A DNA stretch of 64,000 nucleotides from an uncultured Gemmatimonadales bacterium (GTDB lineage: Bacteria; Gemmatimonadota; Gemmatimonadetes; Gemmatimonadales; GWC2-71-9). A model generated the notes under the pieces. It saw only the letters and a program-made list of their open reading frames with translations, was not told the origin of the DNA and did no database searches. Below, one piece after another: positions 21,817 through 31,306 of the stretch (position 1 is the first letter of the stretch; each line of letters starts with the position of its first letter). A program made the translations under genes and the position numbers. Location of the stretch: NCBI GenBank assembly GCA_963748815.1, contig CAVVKJ010000005.1, forward strand, positions 128,001 through 192,000, written 5' to 3'.

Positions 21817-22623
21817 ATGTCTGATACTGCGCGCCCCCAGCTGATCCGCCTCGAAGTGGACCGTCGACTCGGCCACGAATGGGATGAGTGGGACGGCAAC
21901 CCATTGCCCAACCAGGGCAATTTCGACTCCCCGCCGCACCTCTTCTTCCAGTGGTCGGCGGCGGGGCTGGCCGTGGCACTCGGCATCGCGGCACTCGCCC
22001 TCTACCTGCTCGGCCCCCGGATTGGCCTCGTGTTGCCCGGCGTCCCATCCTATCTGTGGATCGGGCTGGGCGTTGTATCCGGCGCATCGTGGCTCTGGTG
22101 GCTGCTCATCCTGCTCAGCTACGCCACCGACCGGTCATTCCTCCCCGCGGTGCTGGCGGAGCGGGGGCCGTTCCTCCGGCTGATGACCATGACCTCGCGG
22201 GTGGCGGACCGATTCGGCCGGCGCGACTGGGTGGAGAATGCCGCGGTCAAGGTGTACAACGCCCTCGCGGTGGTACGGGCCAAGGCGGTGGGTAAGGGTG
22301 AACTGCTGCTGCTCATCCCGCGCTGCCTATCCAAGCCCGCTATCGACGGCGTCCTGGCACTGTCCGGTAAATACGAGGTGCCGGTGTTCGTGGCCACGCG
22401 TGGTCAGCTGGCCCGGCGCGTCATCCGGGAGCGGCGGCCGCGTGCCATCGTGGCGGTGGCGTGCGAGCGGGACATGGTGAGTGGGTTGCATGACGTGGCG
22501 GGACGAGTGCCGGTGCTCGGGCTCACGATGACGCTGCCGGCGGGGCCGTGCAAAGATGCAGGGCTCAATCTGGTGCAGCTGGAGGAGTGGGTGAAGGTCT
22601 TCGTGGAAGAGGTGGGGCAGTAG
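21817..22623 (+). CDS. DUF116 domain membrane protein
   Basis: LLLIPRCL, FVATRG..AR, AIVAVACERD, PCKD. Confidence 0.8.
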   Translation: MSDTARPQLIRLEVDRRLGHEWDEWDGNPLPNQGNFDSPPHLFFQWSAAGLAVALGIAALALYLLGPRIGLVLPGVPSYLWIGLGVVSGASWLWWLLILLSYATDRSFLPAVLAERGPFLRLMTMTSRVADRFGRRDWVENAAVKVYNALAVVRAKAVGKGELLLLIPRCLSKPAIDGVLALSGKYEVPVFVATRGQLARRVIRERRPRAIVAVACERDMVSGLHDVAGRVPVLGLTMTLPAGPCKDAGLNLVQLEEWVKVFVEEVGQ

Positions 22624-23451
22624 CCTCACCCCCTGACCCCCTCTCCGGCAAGCGGAGAGGGGGGATCTTATTTGCCGTCACCCCGGCGAAAGCCGGGGTC
22701 CATCGTAGATTCGATTGTCACCCCGGCGAAAGCCGGGGTCCATGTTGTTGCTGCCCACTTGCCCCGCCTAGTTCGCCTCACCCCCGGTCCGTCTCTCCGG
22801 CATCGTCCTCACCCCCTGACCCCCTCTCCGCCATGCGGAGAGGGGGACGACCTGCACGCCCCTGGATCCGCCCTCTCCGGCAAGCGGAGAGGGGGAACGT
22901 CGTGCAGGATTCGGATCAGGGGCTCTCATGGGAGATCACCTATCGTGTAGCATGCGATACCGTCCAGTCGGTTTGCTCAGGACGCTTGCCAGAAGAATGC
23001 GGAAGGAGCCGACCGGCGCCGAACGCACCGTCTGGACAGTACTCAGGGACCGCCGGTGCTTGGGTTACCGATTCAAGCGGCAAGTTGTGATCGAGGGGTT
23101 GATCGTCGATTTCTACTGTCGCGAGTTGCGCCTGGCCATCGAACTTGACGGGGCGGTCCACCAGACGCGGGAGGGACGACTCCGGGACCAGGCGCGGGAC
23201 GCGCACCTGCGGTCATGCGGGATCCGGGTAATCCACCTCCAGAACGAGCAGGCCTCCGGGGCGCGTCTCCGTGCGGTTCTCACGGAGTTCGTCCTGCGTC
23301 CCCCCTCTCCGCTTGCCGGAGAGGGGGTCAGGGGGTGAGGACGAAAGGCGGGGCCGGGGGCCAGGGGAGCAGGAAACCTGGACTCGCTTTCGCGGGGTGA
23401 CGGCAATAATCCCCCCTCTCCACATGGTGGAGAGGGGGACAGGGGGTGAGG
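22624..23451. mobile_element. Putative DUF559 REP cassette 1: nuclease gene inside inverted REP arrays
   Basis: Left array 22624-22895 and right array 23300-23451 are inverted; the unit fills the whole gap between two convergent stop codons. Mobility is inferred. Confidence 0.6.
22952..23338 (+). CDS. DUF559 endonuclease-fold protein
   Basis: ARRMRKEPT.AE..W..LR.RR..G.RFKRQ, IVDFYC..LRLAIELDG.VH, RD.ARD..L; C-terminal PSPLAGEG encoded by the REP. Confidence 0.9.
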   Translation: MRYRPVGLLRTLARRMRKEPTGAERTVWTVLRDRRCLGYRFKRQVVIEGLIVDFYCRELRLAIELDGAVHQTREGRLRDQARDAHLRSCGIRVIHLQNEQASGARLRAVLTEFVLRPPSPLAGEGVRG

Positions 23452-24039
23452 CTACTTCGCGTCCGGCGGCCTCCCCTTCGGAACCGGCTTCCCGGTGGCA
23501 CTATCCGGCCGCGCCGCGCCGGTTGAATCCGGCATCACGCCCGGCGGCGGCCCCTTCGGCTCCTCCGCCCCCGGCACCGGGTACCGTTTCGCCATGTCGG
23601 TCAGCACGCGCGCCACCCGCACCGCCGCGACGTTGTCGCTCGGTGCCTGCTGGTCGAGCTCGCGGGGCGGCAGTGAGGGATTGGCCAGCGGCCGCACCGC
23701 CGTCTCCACCCGGATCGACCCCCGCTCCTTCCCGTAGGCGTTGACCCATCCCCGCACCCGCACGACGCTGTCTCCAAGAATGCGCGCATCGGTCGGCTGC
23801 CCGGTGAGCGCGCTGAACCACTCCGTCTCCAGGTAGCCGTCCTTCGGCTCGACCCGGCTGACCGGGATCGAATCCGACTTCAGCTGTTCGGCGAGCACCT
23901 CCGTCGCCTTGGCCACGTCGAGATCCACGACCGCTTCCGCGGCGTTTGGCAGCGGGCCGAATGCAGGGCGAGTTGTGTACGGTTGACAGGCGATCACAGC
24001 CAACAGGCACATCGCGCCGGGATGCCTTGCCCGGCGCAT
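23452..24039 (-). CDS. Hypothetical lipoprotein
   Basis: Lipobox-like VIAC, DGYLETEW, GC-rich codon usage; start uncertain. Confidence 0.6.
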   Translation of the reverse strand: MRRARHPGAMCLLAVIACQPYTTRPAFGPLPNAAEAVVDLDVAKATEVLAEQLKSDSIPVSRVEPKDGYLETEWFSALTGQPTDARILGDSVVRVRGWVNAYGKERGSIRVETAVRPLANPSLPPRELDQQAPSDNVAAVRVARVLTDMAKRYPVPGAEEPKGPPPGVMPDSTGAARPDSATGKPVPKGRPPDAK

Positions 24040-24077
24040 CCGGCCCCGCTGCCCCGCTGCCCCGCTGCCCCGCCTCA

Positions 24078-24734
24078 TCAGTCCTTGTGCTCCGGTGTGC
24101 CCGGTGCGTGCGTGTGCGCCGGCTTGGCGGGTGCGGCGCTGTCAGTCGGGGCGCCTGTCGAGTCCGCCGGCATCGGCGCGTCGTCGTGCTCTTCGCCCGG
24201 CGCATGCTCGTGACCGCCCGCGCGGTTCTTGATCTCCGCCTCCATCTTCTCGGTGCTCATACCGGCGGCGTGATCGAACACCAGCTCGCCCCCCTCCATG
24301 CCGGTGGCGGTCAGCGGGACCAGCCCGACCACGCCGATCAGCGCCAACACCCACCGCTCCTTCCGGAGCATCTTCGATTCCCGCAGCACCCGCCACACCG
24401 CCACCACGCCAAAGAAGCCGAGGGTAATCCACGCGAACCGCTCGTGCACCTGCATGATCTCGTGGATGGACTGCCCATGCTCGAGCGCGTCTTCCGCCCG
24501 AAGCCCCGAAAAGAGCGCGGCGGCGGCGGTCACCGCGCCGATGACCAGCGACCAGTACGACGCGCTCCGCAGGCTCTCCCGTTTCGTGAACAGGTAGGCG
24601 AGCTCCAGGAGCACGCCGACCACCAGCAGCGCCGGCGGGAAGTCGTTGATGACGGCGTGCAGCCGCGGGGCGTCGTAGCCGAAGAACGTGCCCGCGGCGG
24701 CGGCGTCGCCGTGGAGCAGGAGAGAGAGCAGCAT
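24078..24734 (-). CDS. DUF2231-like membrane protein with His-rich tail
   Basis: LHAVINDFP, AAALFSG, GGELVFDH; four TM segments. Confidence 0.7.
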   Translation of the reverse strand: MLLSLLLHGDAAAAGTFFGYDAPRLHAVINDFPPALLVVGVLLELAYLFTKRESLRSASYWSLVIGAVTAAAALFSGLRAEDALEHGQSIHEIMQVHERFAWITLGFFGVVAVWRVLRESKMLRKERWVLALIGVVGLVPLTATGMEGGELVFDHAAGMSTEKMEAEIKNRAGGHEHAPGEEHDDAPMPADSTGAPTDSAAPAKPAHTHAPGTPEHKD

Positions 24735-24761
24735 GTCCGGTGGTGTCTTTCGCTGTCGGGG

Positions 24762-25649
24762 TTAGAGGCCGAGGTCCACCGGGACCGGCGGATTGGCGCT
24801 GTAGTCATAGAAGCCCTTGCCGCTCTTCCGGCCGTAGAGCCCCGCCATCACCATCCGCTTGAGGAGCGGCGGCGGCGCGTAGCGCGTCTCCCGGTATTCG
24901 GTGAACATGATCTCGGCAATCTTGTACGTGGTGTCGTTCCCCACGAAGTCGAGCAGCGTGAGCGGACCCATCGGGTAGCCGCAGCCGAGCTTCATGGCGT
25001 TGTCGATGTCGACGGTGTTCGCGACGCCGTGCTCCAGAGCGCGGATGGCGTCGAGCAGGTACGGCACCAGGAGCAGATTGACGATGAACCCCGAATTGTC
25101 CTTGGCCGCCACCGCCTCCTTGCCGAGGCTTCTGGCAAAGGTCATGGACCGATCGAAGGTGGCCGGGCTGGTGGTGACGGTGCGGACCACCTCGACCAGC
25201 TGCATGAGCGGGACGGGATTGAAGAAGTGAAGCCCCACGAACCGGTCGGCCCGCTTGGTGGCGGACGCCATGGCCGCGATGGTGAGGCTCGAGGTGTTGC
25301 TGGCAAAGATGGTGTGCGCCGGGCAGAGGGCGTCGAGCTGCGTCCAGAGCTCGTTCTTGAGGTCGAGGTCTTCGGTCACGGCCTCGATGATGACGTCGCA
25401 GTCCTTGAGCGCGGTCACGTCGGTCACGTAGGAGAGCCGCCCGAGGGTGGCGTCGCGGTCGGCGGCGGGGAGCTTGCCCTTCTCGACGAACTTGTCGAGC
25501 GACTTGCCGATGCCCGCCTTCCCCTTGGCCATGACGGCATCGGACACATCGCGGACGACGGTGGTATAGCCGGCGGTGGCGGCCACCTGGGCAATGCCGC
25601 TGCCCATCAAGCCGCATCCGAGCACGCCGACCTTCTTGATCTCTGCCAT
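24762..25649 (-). CDS. 3-hydroxybutyryl/3-hydroxyacyl-CoA dehydrogenase
   Basis: GCGLMGSGIAQ, FASNTSS, GLHFFNP, GFIVN, YPMGP. Confidence 0.93.
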   Translation of the reverse strand: MAEIKKVGVLGCGLMGSGIAQVAATAGYTTVVRDVSDAVMAKGKAGIGKSLDKFVEKGKLPAADRDATLGRLSYVTDVTALKDCDVIIEAVTEDLDLKNELWTQLDALCPAHTIFASNTSSLTIAAMASATKRADRFVGLHFFNPVPLMQLVEVVRTVTTSPATFDRSMTFARSLGKEAVAAKDNSGFIVNLLLVPYLLDAIRALEHGVANTVDIDNAMKLGCGYPMGPLTLLDFVGNDTTYKIAEIMFTEYRETRYAPPPLLKRMVMAGLYGRKSGKGFYDYSANPPVPVDLGL

Positions 25650-25665
25650 GAGGAATTCCGGTGGT

Positions 25666-26493
25666 TCAGGGTTTGAGCGCTTTGCGCACTTCCTGCACGA
25701 GTGAGGTGATCATGCTGTTCCGTTCCGGGGGCAGCTCCGCCTGCGACCGGCTGCCGCGCCGCTCCAACTGGTCGAGCGCCCGCTCCAGTCCGAGCCGGGT
25801 CCGTTCCGCCACGCCGGCATAGGGCCGTGTGACGGCGTAGCCAGCCGCCATCGCGGCCGGGAGCGGGAGGAGCAGCACCAGGGGAAAGGCGCCGAGGACC
25901 GCGAGCACGGCGGTCGCTGCCGCGCCCACCGACACGAACGCCGCCCCGCCGCCGATGTAGGCCCCCCGCGTCATCCGCAGGTCGGCGCCGAGCTGCACGT
26001 GACAGTATCCCGACTCCAGCGGCGTGATGCTGGCCCTCACCACGCCCGCCTTGCCGAGCATGGCCCGGGCGCCGCCGCTCAGCGCGGCGGCTGACGCACG
26101 GAGCGCGGCCTGGAAGCCGCCCATCTGTTCCCAGGAGATGCGCCCGCCCTGGTGGCGCTGGACCACCAGGTGTTCCTGCTGTGTCCATCCACTCGAGCAG
26201 CAGCGCCTCGTGCCGTTCCGCCGAGCCCATGACGACGCGGTCGGCGGTGACGGTCGCGGCGCCGATGGCATGCGGTCGAGCCAGCGTGAGTCCGCCGGCG
26301 TGGTTCGGACCCGTTCCTCGATCAGCGCCTGCTGGAGGTAGCGGGCCGGGATGCCGACATCCCGGCCGAGGGCCAGCACCTGGTCCTCGGTCATGGCGTC
26401 GCCCACTTCGTGCTCGCCGGTCTGCAGTTCGGCGGCACGGCGAATGATTCGGTCGAGTGCGGCGCGGTCGATCCGCGCAGGGAGGTCGGCCAT
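25666..26493 (-). CDS. Hypothetical membrane protein
   Basis: Co-oriented in operon, C-terminal TM pair; short compensating frameshift near 26180-26275. Confidence 0.6.
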   Translation of the reverse strand: MADLPARIDRAALDRIIRRAAELQTGEHEVGDAMTEDQVLALGRDVGIPARYLQQALIEERVRTTPADSRWLDRMPSAPRPSPPTASSWARRNGTRRCCSSGWTQQEHLVVQRHQGGRISWEQMGGFQAALRASAAALSGGARAMLGKAGVVRASITPLESGYCHVQLGADLRMTRGAYIGGGAAFVSVGAAATAVLAVLGAFPLVLLLPLPAAMAAGYAVTRPYAGVAERTRLGLERALDQLERRGSRSQAELPPERNSMITSLVQEVRKALKP

Positions 26494-26499
26494 CGCTGC

Positions 26500-27354
26500 C
26501 TAGGTCGTTTCCTTCTTGACGCCGGCCTCGATGCGCGGGAGGCCCGCCAGGAGGTCGGGTGCCGGCAAGCTCCGGCTGCCGGCGGCCTCCGCCTTGAGGC
26601 TCGCCACCTTGAGGTCGGCCATTTCCATGAAGGGACGAATCAGGTCGATCGGCAGCGGGAAGATGGTCGTCGAGTTGTTCTCCGCGGCGATTTCCGCGAC
26701 CGTCTGCAGATACCGAAGCTGAATGGCGCTCGGCTCGGTCGCCAGGGTCCGGGCCGCCTGGGCCAGGGTCTCCGACGCCTGCAGTTCGCCCTGTGCCGCG
26801 ATGACCTTGGCGCGGCGCTCCCGCTCCGCCTCGGCCTGCCGCGACATGGCCCGCTTCATCTGTTCCGGCAGGTCCACGTCCTTCACTTCCACCGCCGACA
26901 CGTGAATGCCCCAGGCGTCGGTACGCTCGTCGATGATCCGCTTCAGCACCGCGTTGATCTTCTCCCGGTCGCTGAGCAATTCGTCGAGTTCCACTTCGCC
27001 CAGCACGGCGCGGAGCGTCGTCTGCGCCAGCTGGCTGGTGGCGTAGAGGTAGTCCTCGATCTCGATGACCGCGCGTTCGGGGTCGGACACCTTCATGTAC
27101 AGCACCGCATTCACCTTGAGGGACACGTTGTCCCGGGTGATGACGTCCTGCGGCGGAATGTCGAGTGCCATGATGCGAAGCGACACCCGCTTGACGCTGG
27201 CGAACCCGGCGGGCAGGAAGAAGAGCCCCGGCCCCTTGGTGCCCCAGTACTTTCCGAGGAAGAAGGCCACGCCCCGCTCGTACTGCTTGAGCACCCGCAG
27301 GCTGGCAAAGGAATAGGCGACGGCAATCGCGAGCGCCATCAACAGGATCGGCAT
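26500..27354 (-). CDS. SPFH/slipin (stomatin-like) protein
   Basis: [40 protein letters not shown]. Confidence 0.93.
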   Translation of the reverse strand: MPILLMALAIAVAYSFASLRVLKQYERGVAFFLGKYWGTKGPGLFFLPAGFASVKRVSLRIMALDIPPQDVITRDNVSLKVNAVLYMKVSDPERAVIEIEDYLYATSQLAQTTLRAVLGEVELDELLSDREKINAVLKRIIDERTDAWGIHVSAVEVKDVDLPEQMKRAMSRQAEAERERRAKVIAAQGELQASETLAQAARTLATEPSAIQLRYLQTVAEIAAENNSTTIFPLPIDLIRPFMEMADLKVASLKAEAAGSRSLPAPDLLAGLPRIEAGVKKETT

Positions 27355-27363
27355 GGTGTCCTC

Positions 27364-28569
27364 CTAGGCCGGGAAGGCTTCGACGATGACGGCAGCGCCC
27401 TGGCCGCCGCCGATGCAGGCGCTGCCAAGGCCGTAACGCTTGCCCATCTTCCGGAGCGCGTGCAGCAGGTGCAGCGAAATCCGGGTGCCGCTGGCGGCCA
27501 GCGGGTGGCCGATGGCAATGGCGCCGCCGTGGATGTTGGTCCGCGCGCGGTCGAGGCCGAGTTCCTTCTCGACGGCCACGTACTGGGCGCTGAACGCCTC
27601 GTTCACTTCCACCAGGTCCATCTGGTCGAGCGTCAGCCCCGCCTTGGCCAGCGCCTTGCGCGCCGCCGGGGCCGGACCGATGCCCATGTACTTGGGCTCG
27701 ACGCCCGCGATGCCCCACGACACCAGCCGACCGATCGGCTTCAGCCCCTTGGCGGCCCCTTCACTGGCCAGCACCACGGCGGCGGCGCCGTCGCAGATGC
27801 CCGACGCGTTGCCGGCCGTCACCACGCCGTCCTTCTTGAAGTAGGGCGCCAGCTTGGCGAGCCCCTCGGCGGTGGTGTCGGGCCGCATATGCTCGTCGGC
27901 GCCCCACGGCTCGTCCTGCTTCGTCTTCCGGTTGCGGATCGGCACCGGCGCGAGCTCGTCGGCGAAGAAGCCGCCGTCCCACCCCGCCTTGGCGCGCTGC
28001 TGGCTGGTGAGCGCGTAGGCGTCCACCTCGGCCCGCGAAATCTTGTACTTGTCGGCCAGGTTCTCGGCGGTCTCCGCCATCGAGAAGCCGCACTGCGGAT
28101 CCTTGAGCGACTCCCAGAGCAGGTCCTCGAACGGCGGCGCCGGTCCGAGGCGGAGTCCCCACCGCGCGCCGCGCACGACGTGCGGGGCCTGGCTCATCGA
28201 CTCGGCGCCACCGGCGAGCACGATCTTCGACTCGCCGAGGAGGATCTGCTGGGCACCCTGGATGATCGACTCGAAGCCGGAGCCGCAGAGCCGGTTGACG
28301 GTGACGGCCGGGGTCTCGATCGGGAGCCCGGCGCGGAGCGCCACGTGCCGCGCCAGGTAGATGGCGTCGGCGCTGGTCTGGAGGGCATTGCCGAAGACCA
28401 CGTGGTCCACCGCGGAGCCCTCGACACCGGCCTTGGCCAGCGCGTGCTGAGCGGCGTAAACGCCGAGTGTGGTGGCGGTTAGGTCCTTGAGCGTGCCGCC
28501 GAAACTGCCGAAGCCCGTGCGGGAGCCGGACAGGAAGAGGACATCGGATTGCTGGCCCTGCGTCTTCAT
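27364..28569 (-). CDS. Acetyl-CoA C-acyltransferase (thiolase)
   Basis: VNRLCGSG, TAGNASG, EVNEAF, GHPLAASG, CIGGGQG. Confidence 0.95.
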   Translation of the reverse strand: MKTQGQQSDVLFLSGSRTGFGSFGGTLKDLTATTLGVYAAQHALAKAGVEGSAVDHVVFGNALQTSADAIYLARHVALRAGLPIETPAVTVNRLCGSGFESIIQGAQQILLGESKIVLAGGAESMSQAPHVVRGARWGLRLGPAPPFEDLLWESLKDPQCGFSMAETAENLADKYKISRAEVDAYALTSQQRAKAGWDGGFFADELAPVPIRNRKTKQDEPWGADEHMRPDTTAEGLAKLAPYFKKDGVVTAGNASGICDGAAAVVLASEGAAKGLKPIGRLVSWGIAGVEPKYMGIGPAPAARKALAKAGLTLDQMDLVEVNEAFSAQYVAVEKELGLDRARTNIHGGAIAIGHPLAASGTRISLHLLHALRKMGKRYGLGSACIGGGQGAAVIVEAFPA

Positions 28570-28665
28570 GGTGGTGCCCTTCAAGAAAGAGGGTCGGTCG
28601 AGACCCGAAAGATGTCCCGAACCGACCCCCCATTCAAGGAACGCCCGACCGGCGGTTGCCGCCCG

Positions 28666-29127
28666 CTAATTCGCCGGCGGCGGCTGCCAGATGTCGTAGA
28701 GGAGCTTCCATTGGCCGCTCGCCGTCCGGACCCAGGTCACCAGATACCTCCCCGAAGCGGTCGCCGGGTCCTTGCCTTCGCGCTGCCCGGTGCTGTTCCA
28801 GGTGCCGACGTCCACCGCCAGGTCGCCCTGGATCTGCAGGTGCTCGATTGTCAGCACGTGCACCAGCTGCCGATACCCCTCGGGCCAGACGAAGAGGTGG
28901 CCGATGGCGGCGGGGCCGACCACCTCGCGCCGTCCGGGCGGAAAGGCGATGGCGGAGTCGACGTAGGCGTTGGCCAGGGCGAGGGTGTCATTCCGCAGGT
29001 AGGCTGCGGAGAATGCGCGGGCCGCCGCGGCAATGGCGGTGCTGTCGGCCGCGTAGGATCGCTGCGCCGACACGGGGGCTGGCGCGAGTGTGGCGGCCGC
29101 GAGGACCACCGCCCAGCGTGTCATCAT
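28666..29127 (-). CDS. Secreted NTF2-like (DUF4440) protein
   Basis: Signal peptide; GRYLVTWVR...GQWK...DIW. Confidence 0.75.
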   Translation of the reverse strand: MMTRWAVVLAAATLAPAPVSAQRSYAADSTAIAAAARAFSAAYLRNDTLALANAYVDSAIAFPPGRREVVGPAAIGHLFVWPEGYRQLVHVLTIEHLQIQGDLAVDVGTWNSTGQREGKDPATASGRYLVTWVRTASGQWKLLYDIWQPPPAN

Positions 29128-29368
29128 GCCTTCTTGATGAGTCGAATGACGAACAGCAGGATCATCGCACCGACGGTGGCGCTGATCAGGGTGCCGAGGA
29201 TGCCCGACGGGCAGGAAACCGAACATGCCGAAGACCCACCCGCCGACGAACGCGCCGATGACGCCGAGCACGAGGTCACCGACGAGGCCGAAGCCCTGCG
29301 CCCTTCATGATCTTGCCGGCGAGAAACCCCGCGACGATACCGATGATGAGAAAGACGATCATGCCCAT
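29124..29368 (-). CDS. GlsB/YeaQ/YmgE (transglycosylase-associated) small membrane protein, frameshifted
   Basis: MGMIVFLIIGIVAGFLAGKIMKG...LGVIGAFVGG...ATVGAMILLFVIRLIKK across frames. Confidence 0.75.
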
Positions 29369-29377
29369 GGAACCTCC

Positions 29378-29953
29378 TCAGGTTGTCAGGACCCGCTCGA
29401 TACGCTGGTCGGGAATCAGCCAGATGAGCGCCACCACGACGAAGGCCGTCCCCGCGATCCACACCTCGAAGAACGACGCGACTATACCGATGACGTACAG
29501 AGCCAGCGAGATGTTTCCCTTCCGGTCCCTGCCGATGGCCTGGGCCAGCTTCGAGTCGGGGCCCTCCACGCGCAGCGTGGCCCGGACCAGGATCGTATAG
29601 GCGACGGCGGCCATCAGGAGCACAAAACCGTACAGCGCCACCGGCGCCGGGGCGAAGTGGTTCTCGCCCATCCATCCCGTCACGAACGGCACGAGCGAGA
29701 GCCAGAAGAGCAGGTGGAGATTGGCCCAGAGCATCGGCCCGCTGACCCGGTGGATCGCGTGCATCATGTGGTGATGGTTGTTCCAGTAGATGCCGAGATA
29801 GATGAAGCTCAGCACGTAACTGAGGAAGACAGGCGTGAGCGGGCGCAGTGCCGCGAAGTCGGCGCCGTGCGGCACCTTCATTTCCAGAACCATGATGGTG
29901 ATGATGATCGCCATCACGCCATCGCTGAATGCCTCGAGTCGTCCGGTGGTCAC
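29378..29953 (-). CDS. TMEM175-family (DUF1211) potassium channel
   Basis: RLEAFSDGVMAIIITIMVLE, YWNNHHH, NL.LLF.LSLVPF. Confidence 0.92.
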   Translation of the reverse strand: MTTGRLEAFSDGVMAIIITIMVLEMKVPHGADFAALRPLTPVFLSYVLSFIYLGIYWNNHHHMMHAIHRVSGPMLWANLHLLFWLSLVPFVTGWMGENHFAPAPVALYGFVLLMAAVAYTILVRATLRVEGPDSKLAQAIGRDRKGNISLALYVIGIVASFFEVWIAGTAFVVVALIWLIPDQRIERVLTT

Positions 29954-30387
29954 GAATTCGGCTTGATGGGCCCGCGCCCCGTGACCGTGACCTTGACGGC
30001 CCTGCCACTCGGCGCGCCCGTCGCCCAGATCTGGAATTCCCCGGTCGTCGTCGCCCGGATTTCCCAGGTCGATCCGCCGGCGACCCCGCCCGACATCAGG
30101 CGCCCGACATACGGCATCTGCGTGCCCGACTGGCGGGGGCGCAGCTGGATCGTGATCCCTCCCACGTCGGTCTCGGCGTAGTAGAGGCAGCCCGTCTCGA
30201 GGGTGAGCGCCGCGCGTTCACCGGACGAGGTAAATTCGGTGGCCAGCACCACGGTGCCGGCGGAGATCGGGCAGACGGGCGCGACGCCCGTCGGTCCGCT
30301 CGGTGCAGGCGCCGCTGCGGCGGCGCCCTGGTTGCTGGACGCACAGGCGGTGAACAGTGCCAACAGCAGGAGTTGTGAGGTGCGCAT
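29950..30387 (-). CDS. Hypothetical lipoprotein
   Basis: LLLLALFTAC lipobox; stop overlaps the next gene. Confidence 0.65.
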   Translation of the reverse strand: MRTSQLLLLALFTACASSNQGAAAAAPAPSGPTGVAPVCPISAGTVVLATEFTSSGERAALTLETGCLYYAETDVGGITIQLRPRQSGTQMPYVGRLMSGGVAGGSTWEIRATTTGEFQIWATGAPSGRAVKVTVTGRGPIKPNS

Positions 30388-30497
30388 CGGCGGCTCCGAT
30401 TCCGTGTGAGGAGGAGGTCTGCAATTTACTTCCCGAAGCTGTCGAATGGGTGACGTGTCCGTCCCTTGACAAGATCACGCAAATATGACGAAGTTGG

Positions 30498-30530
30498 TTG
30501 CAATACAATTTACTTGAGAGTTATTCTCAA
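30498..30530 (+). promoter_or_regulatory. Sigma70-like promoter overlapped by a Fur-like box
   Basis: TTGCAA (30498) and TATTCT (30522); palindrome TTGAGAGTTATTCTCAA at 30514-30530 in an AT-rich patch upstream of a heme oxygenase. Confidence 0.7.
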
Positions 30531-30532
30531 CT

Positions 30533-30643
30533 ATGCGCATACCCGCGTTCATTGCCAGGCTCGGATTGCTCGGCACCCTCTTCTTCCTCATCAAGGGGCT
30601 CCTGTGGCTCATCATTCCGGCGCTGCTGGTGGCGGTCCGCTGA
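30533..30643 (+). CDS. 36-aa single-pass membrane protein (absent from the ORF track)
   Basis: MRIPAFIARLGLLGTLFFLIKGLLWLIIPALLVAVR*; ATG 5 nt after the -10 element. Confidence 0.7.
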   Translation: MRIPAFIARLGLLGTLFFLIKGLLWLIIPALLVAVR

Positions 30644-30663
30644 ACGACGATTCTGCCGGGACC

Positions 30664-31287
30664 ATGCTCACCCTGCGGGAAGCCACCGCCAGCCATCACC
30701 GCCGGGCGGAGCAGCACGAGTTCCAGCAGCGATTCGTTCGCGGCACCCTGCCACGGGCGCTCTATGTCGGATGGCTCGGGCAGTTGATCCACGTCCACTC
30801 GGCGCTGGAGTCGCATCTCGAACGCCTGGTCGCCGGCCATCCTCGGCTCGCGAGCGTCTTCGAGGATTCGCGGCGGAAGGTCGCCCCGCTGCAGCGGGAC
30901 CTGGCCTACCTCGGTGCGGCGCCGGGACAGCCCCCGCTTCCCGCCGCCCGCGCCATGATCGACTGGATGGATACGCTCGCCGCATCGGAGCCGCTGGCAT
31001 TGCTCGGCGTGTTCTACGTCCTGGAGGGGAGCACCAACGGGTCGAAGTTCATCGCGCGAAAGGTGCGCCCCGCCTACGACCTGCCCAGCAGCGGCGAGGG
31101 CTCGGCGTACCTCGATCCCTACGGTGAGGCGCAGCCGGCCCGCTGGCGGGAGTTCAAGACCGCGATGGACGCCCTCAATCTTCCCGCACGCGACGTCGAG
31201 CCCATCGTGGCCGCGGCACAGCACACCTTCGATGCGATTCGTGAATTGGGCGCGGAGTTGCTCGCCACGGAAGCGGCCGCCGCGTAG
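30664..31287 (+). CDS. Biliverdin-producing heme oxygenase
   Basis: LREATASHH..AE, DLAYL, YVLEGSTNG. Confidence 0.85.
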   Translation: MLTLREATASHHRRAEQHEFQQRFVRGTLPRALYVGWLGQLIHVHSALESHLERLVAGHPRLASVFEDSRRKVAPLQRDLAYLGAAPGQPPLPAARAMIDWMDTLAASEPLALLGVFYVLEGSTNGSKFIARKVRPAYDLPSSGEGSAYLDPYGEAQPARWREFKTAMDALNLPARDVEPIVAAAQHTFDAIRELGAELLATEAAAA

Positions 31288-31306
31288 CACGGCCGGAGGG
31301 ACCTGC

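Noticed and set aside
22624..22895. CRISPR array in the clustered palindromic repeats
   Set aside because: Units are of mixed families with irregular spacing, there are no uniform spacers, and no cas genes are present.
26410..28482. Long antisense ORFs (also 39862..42033, 49137..50846 and others)
   Set aside because: They are shadows of well-supported genes on the opposite strand, expected in GC-rich DNA.
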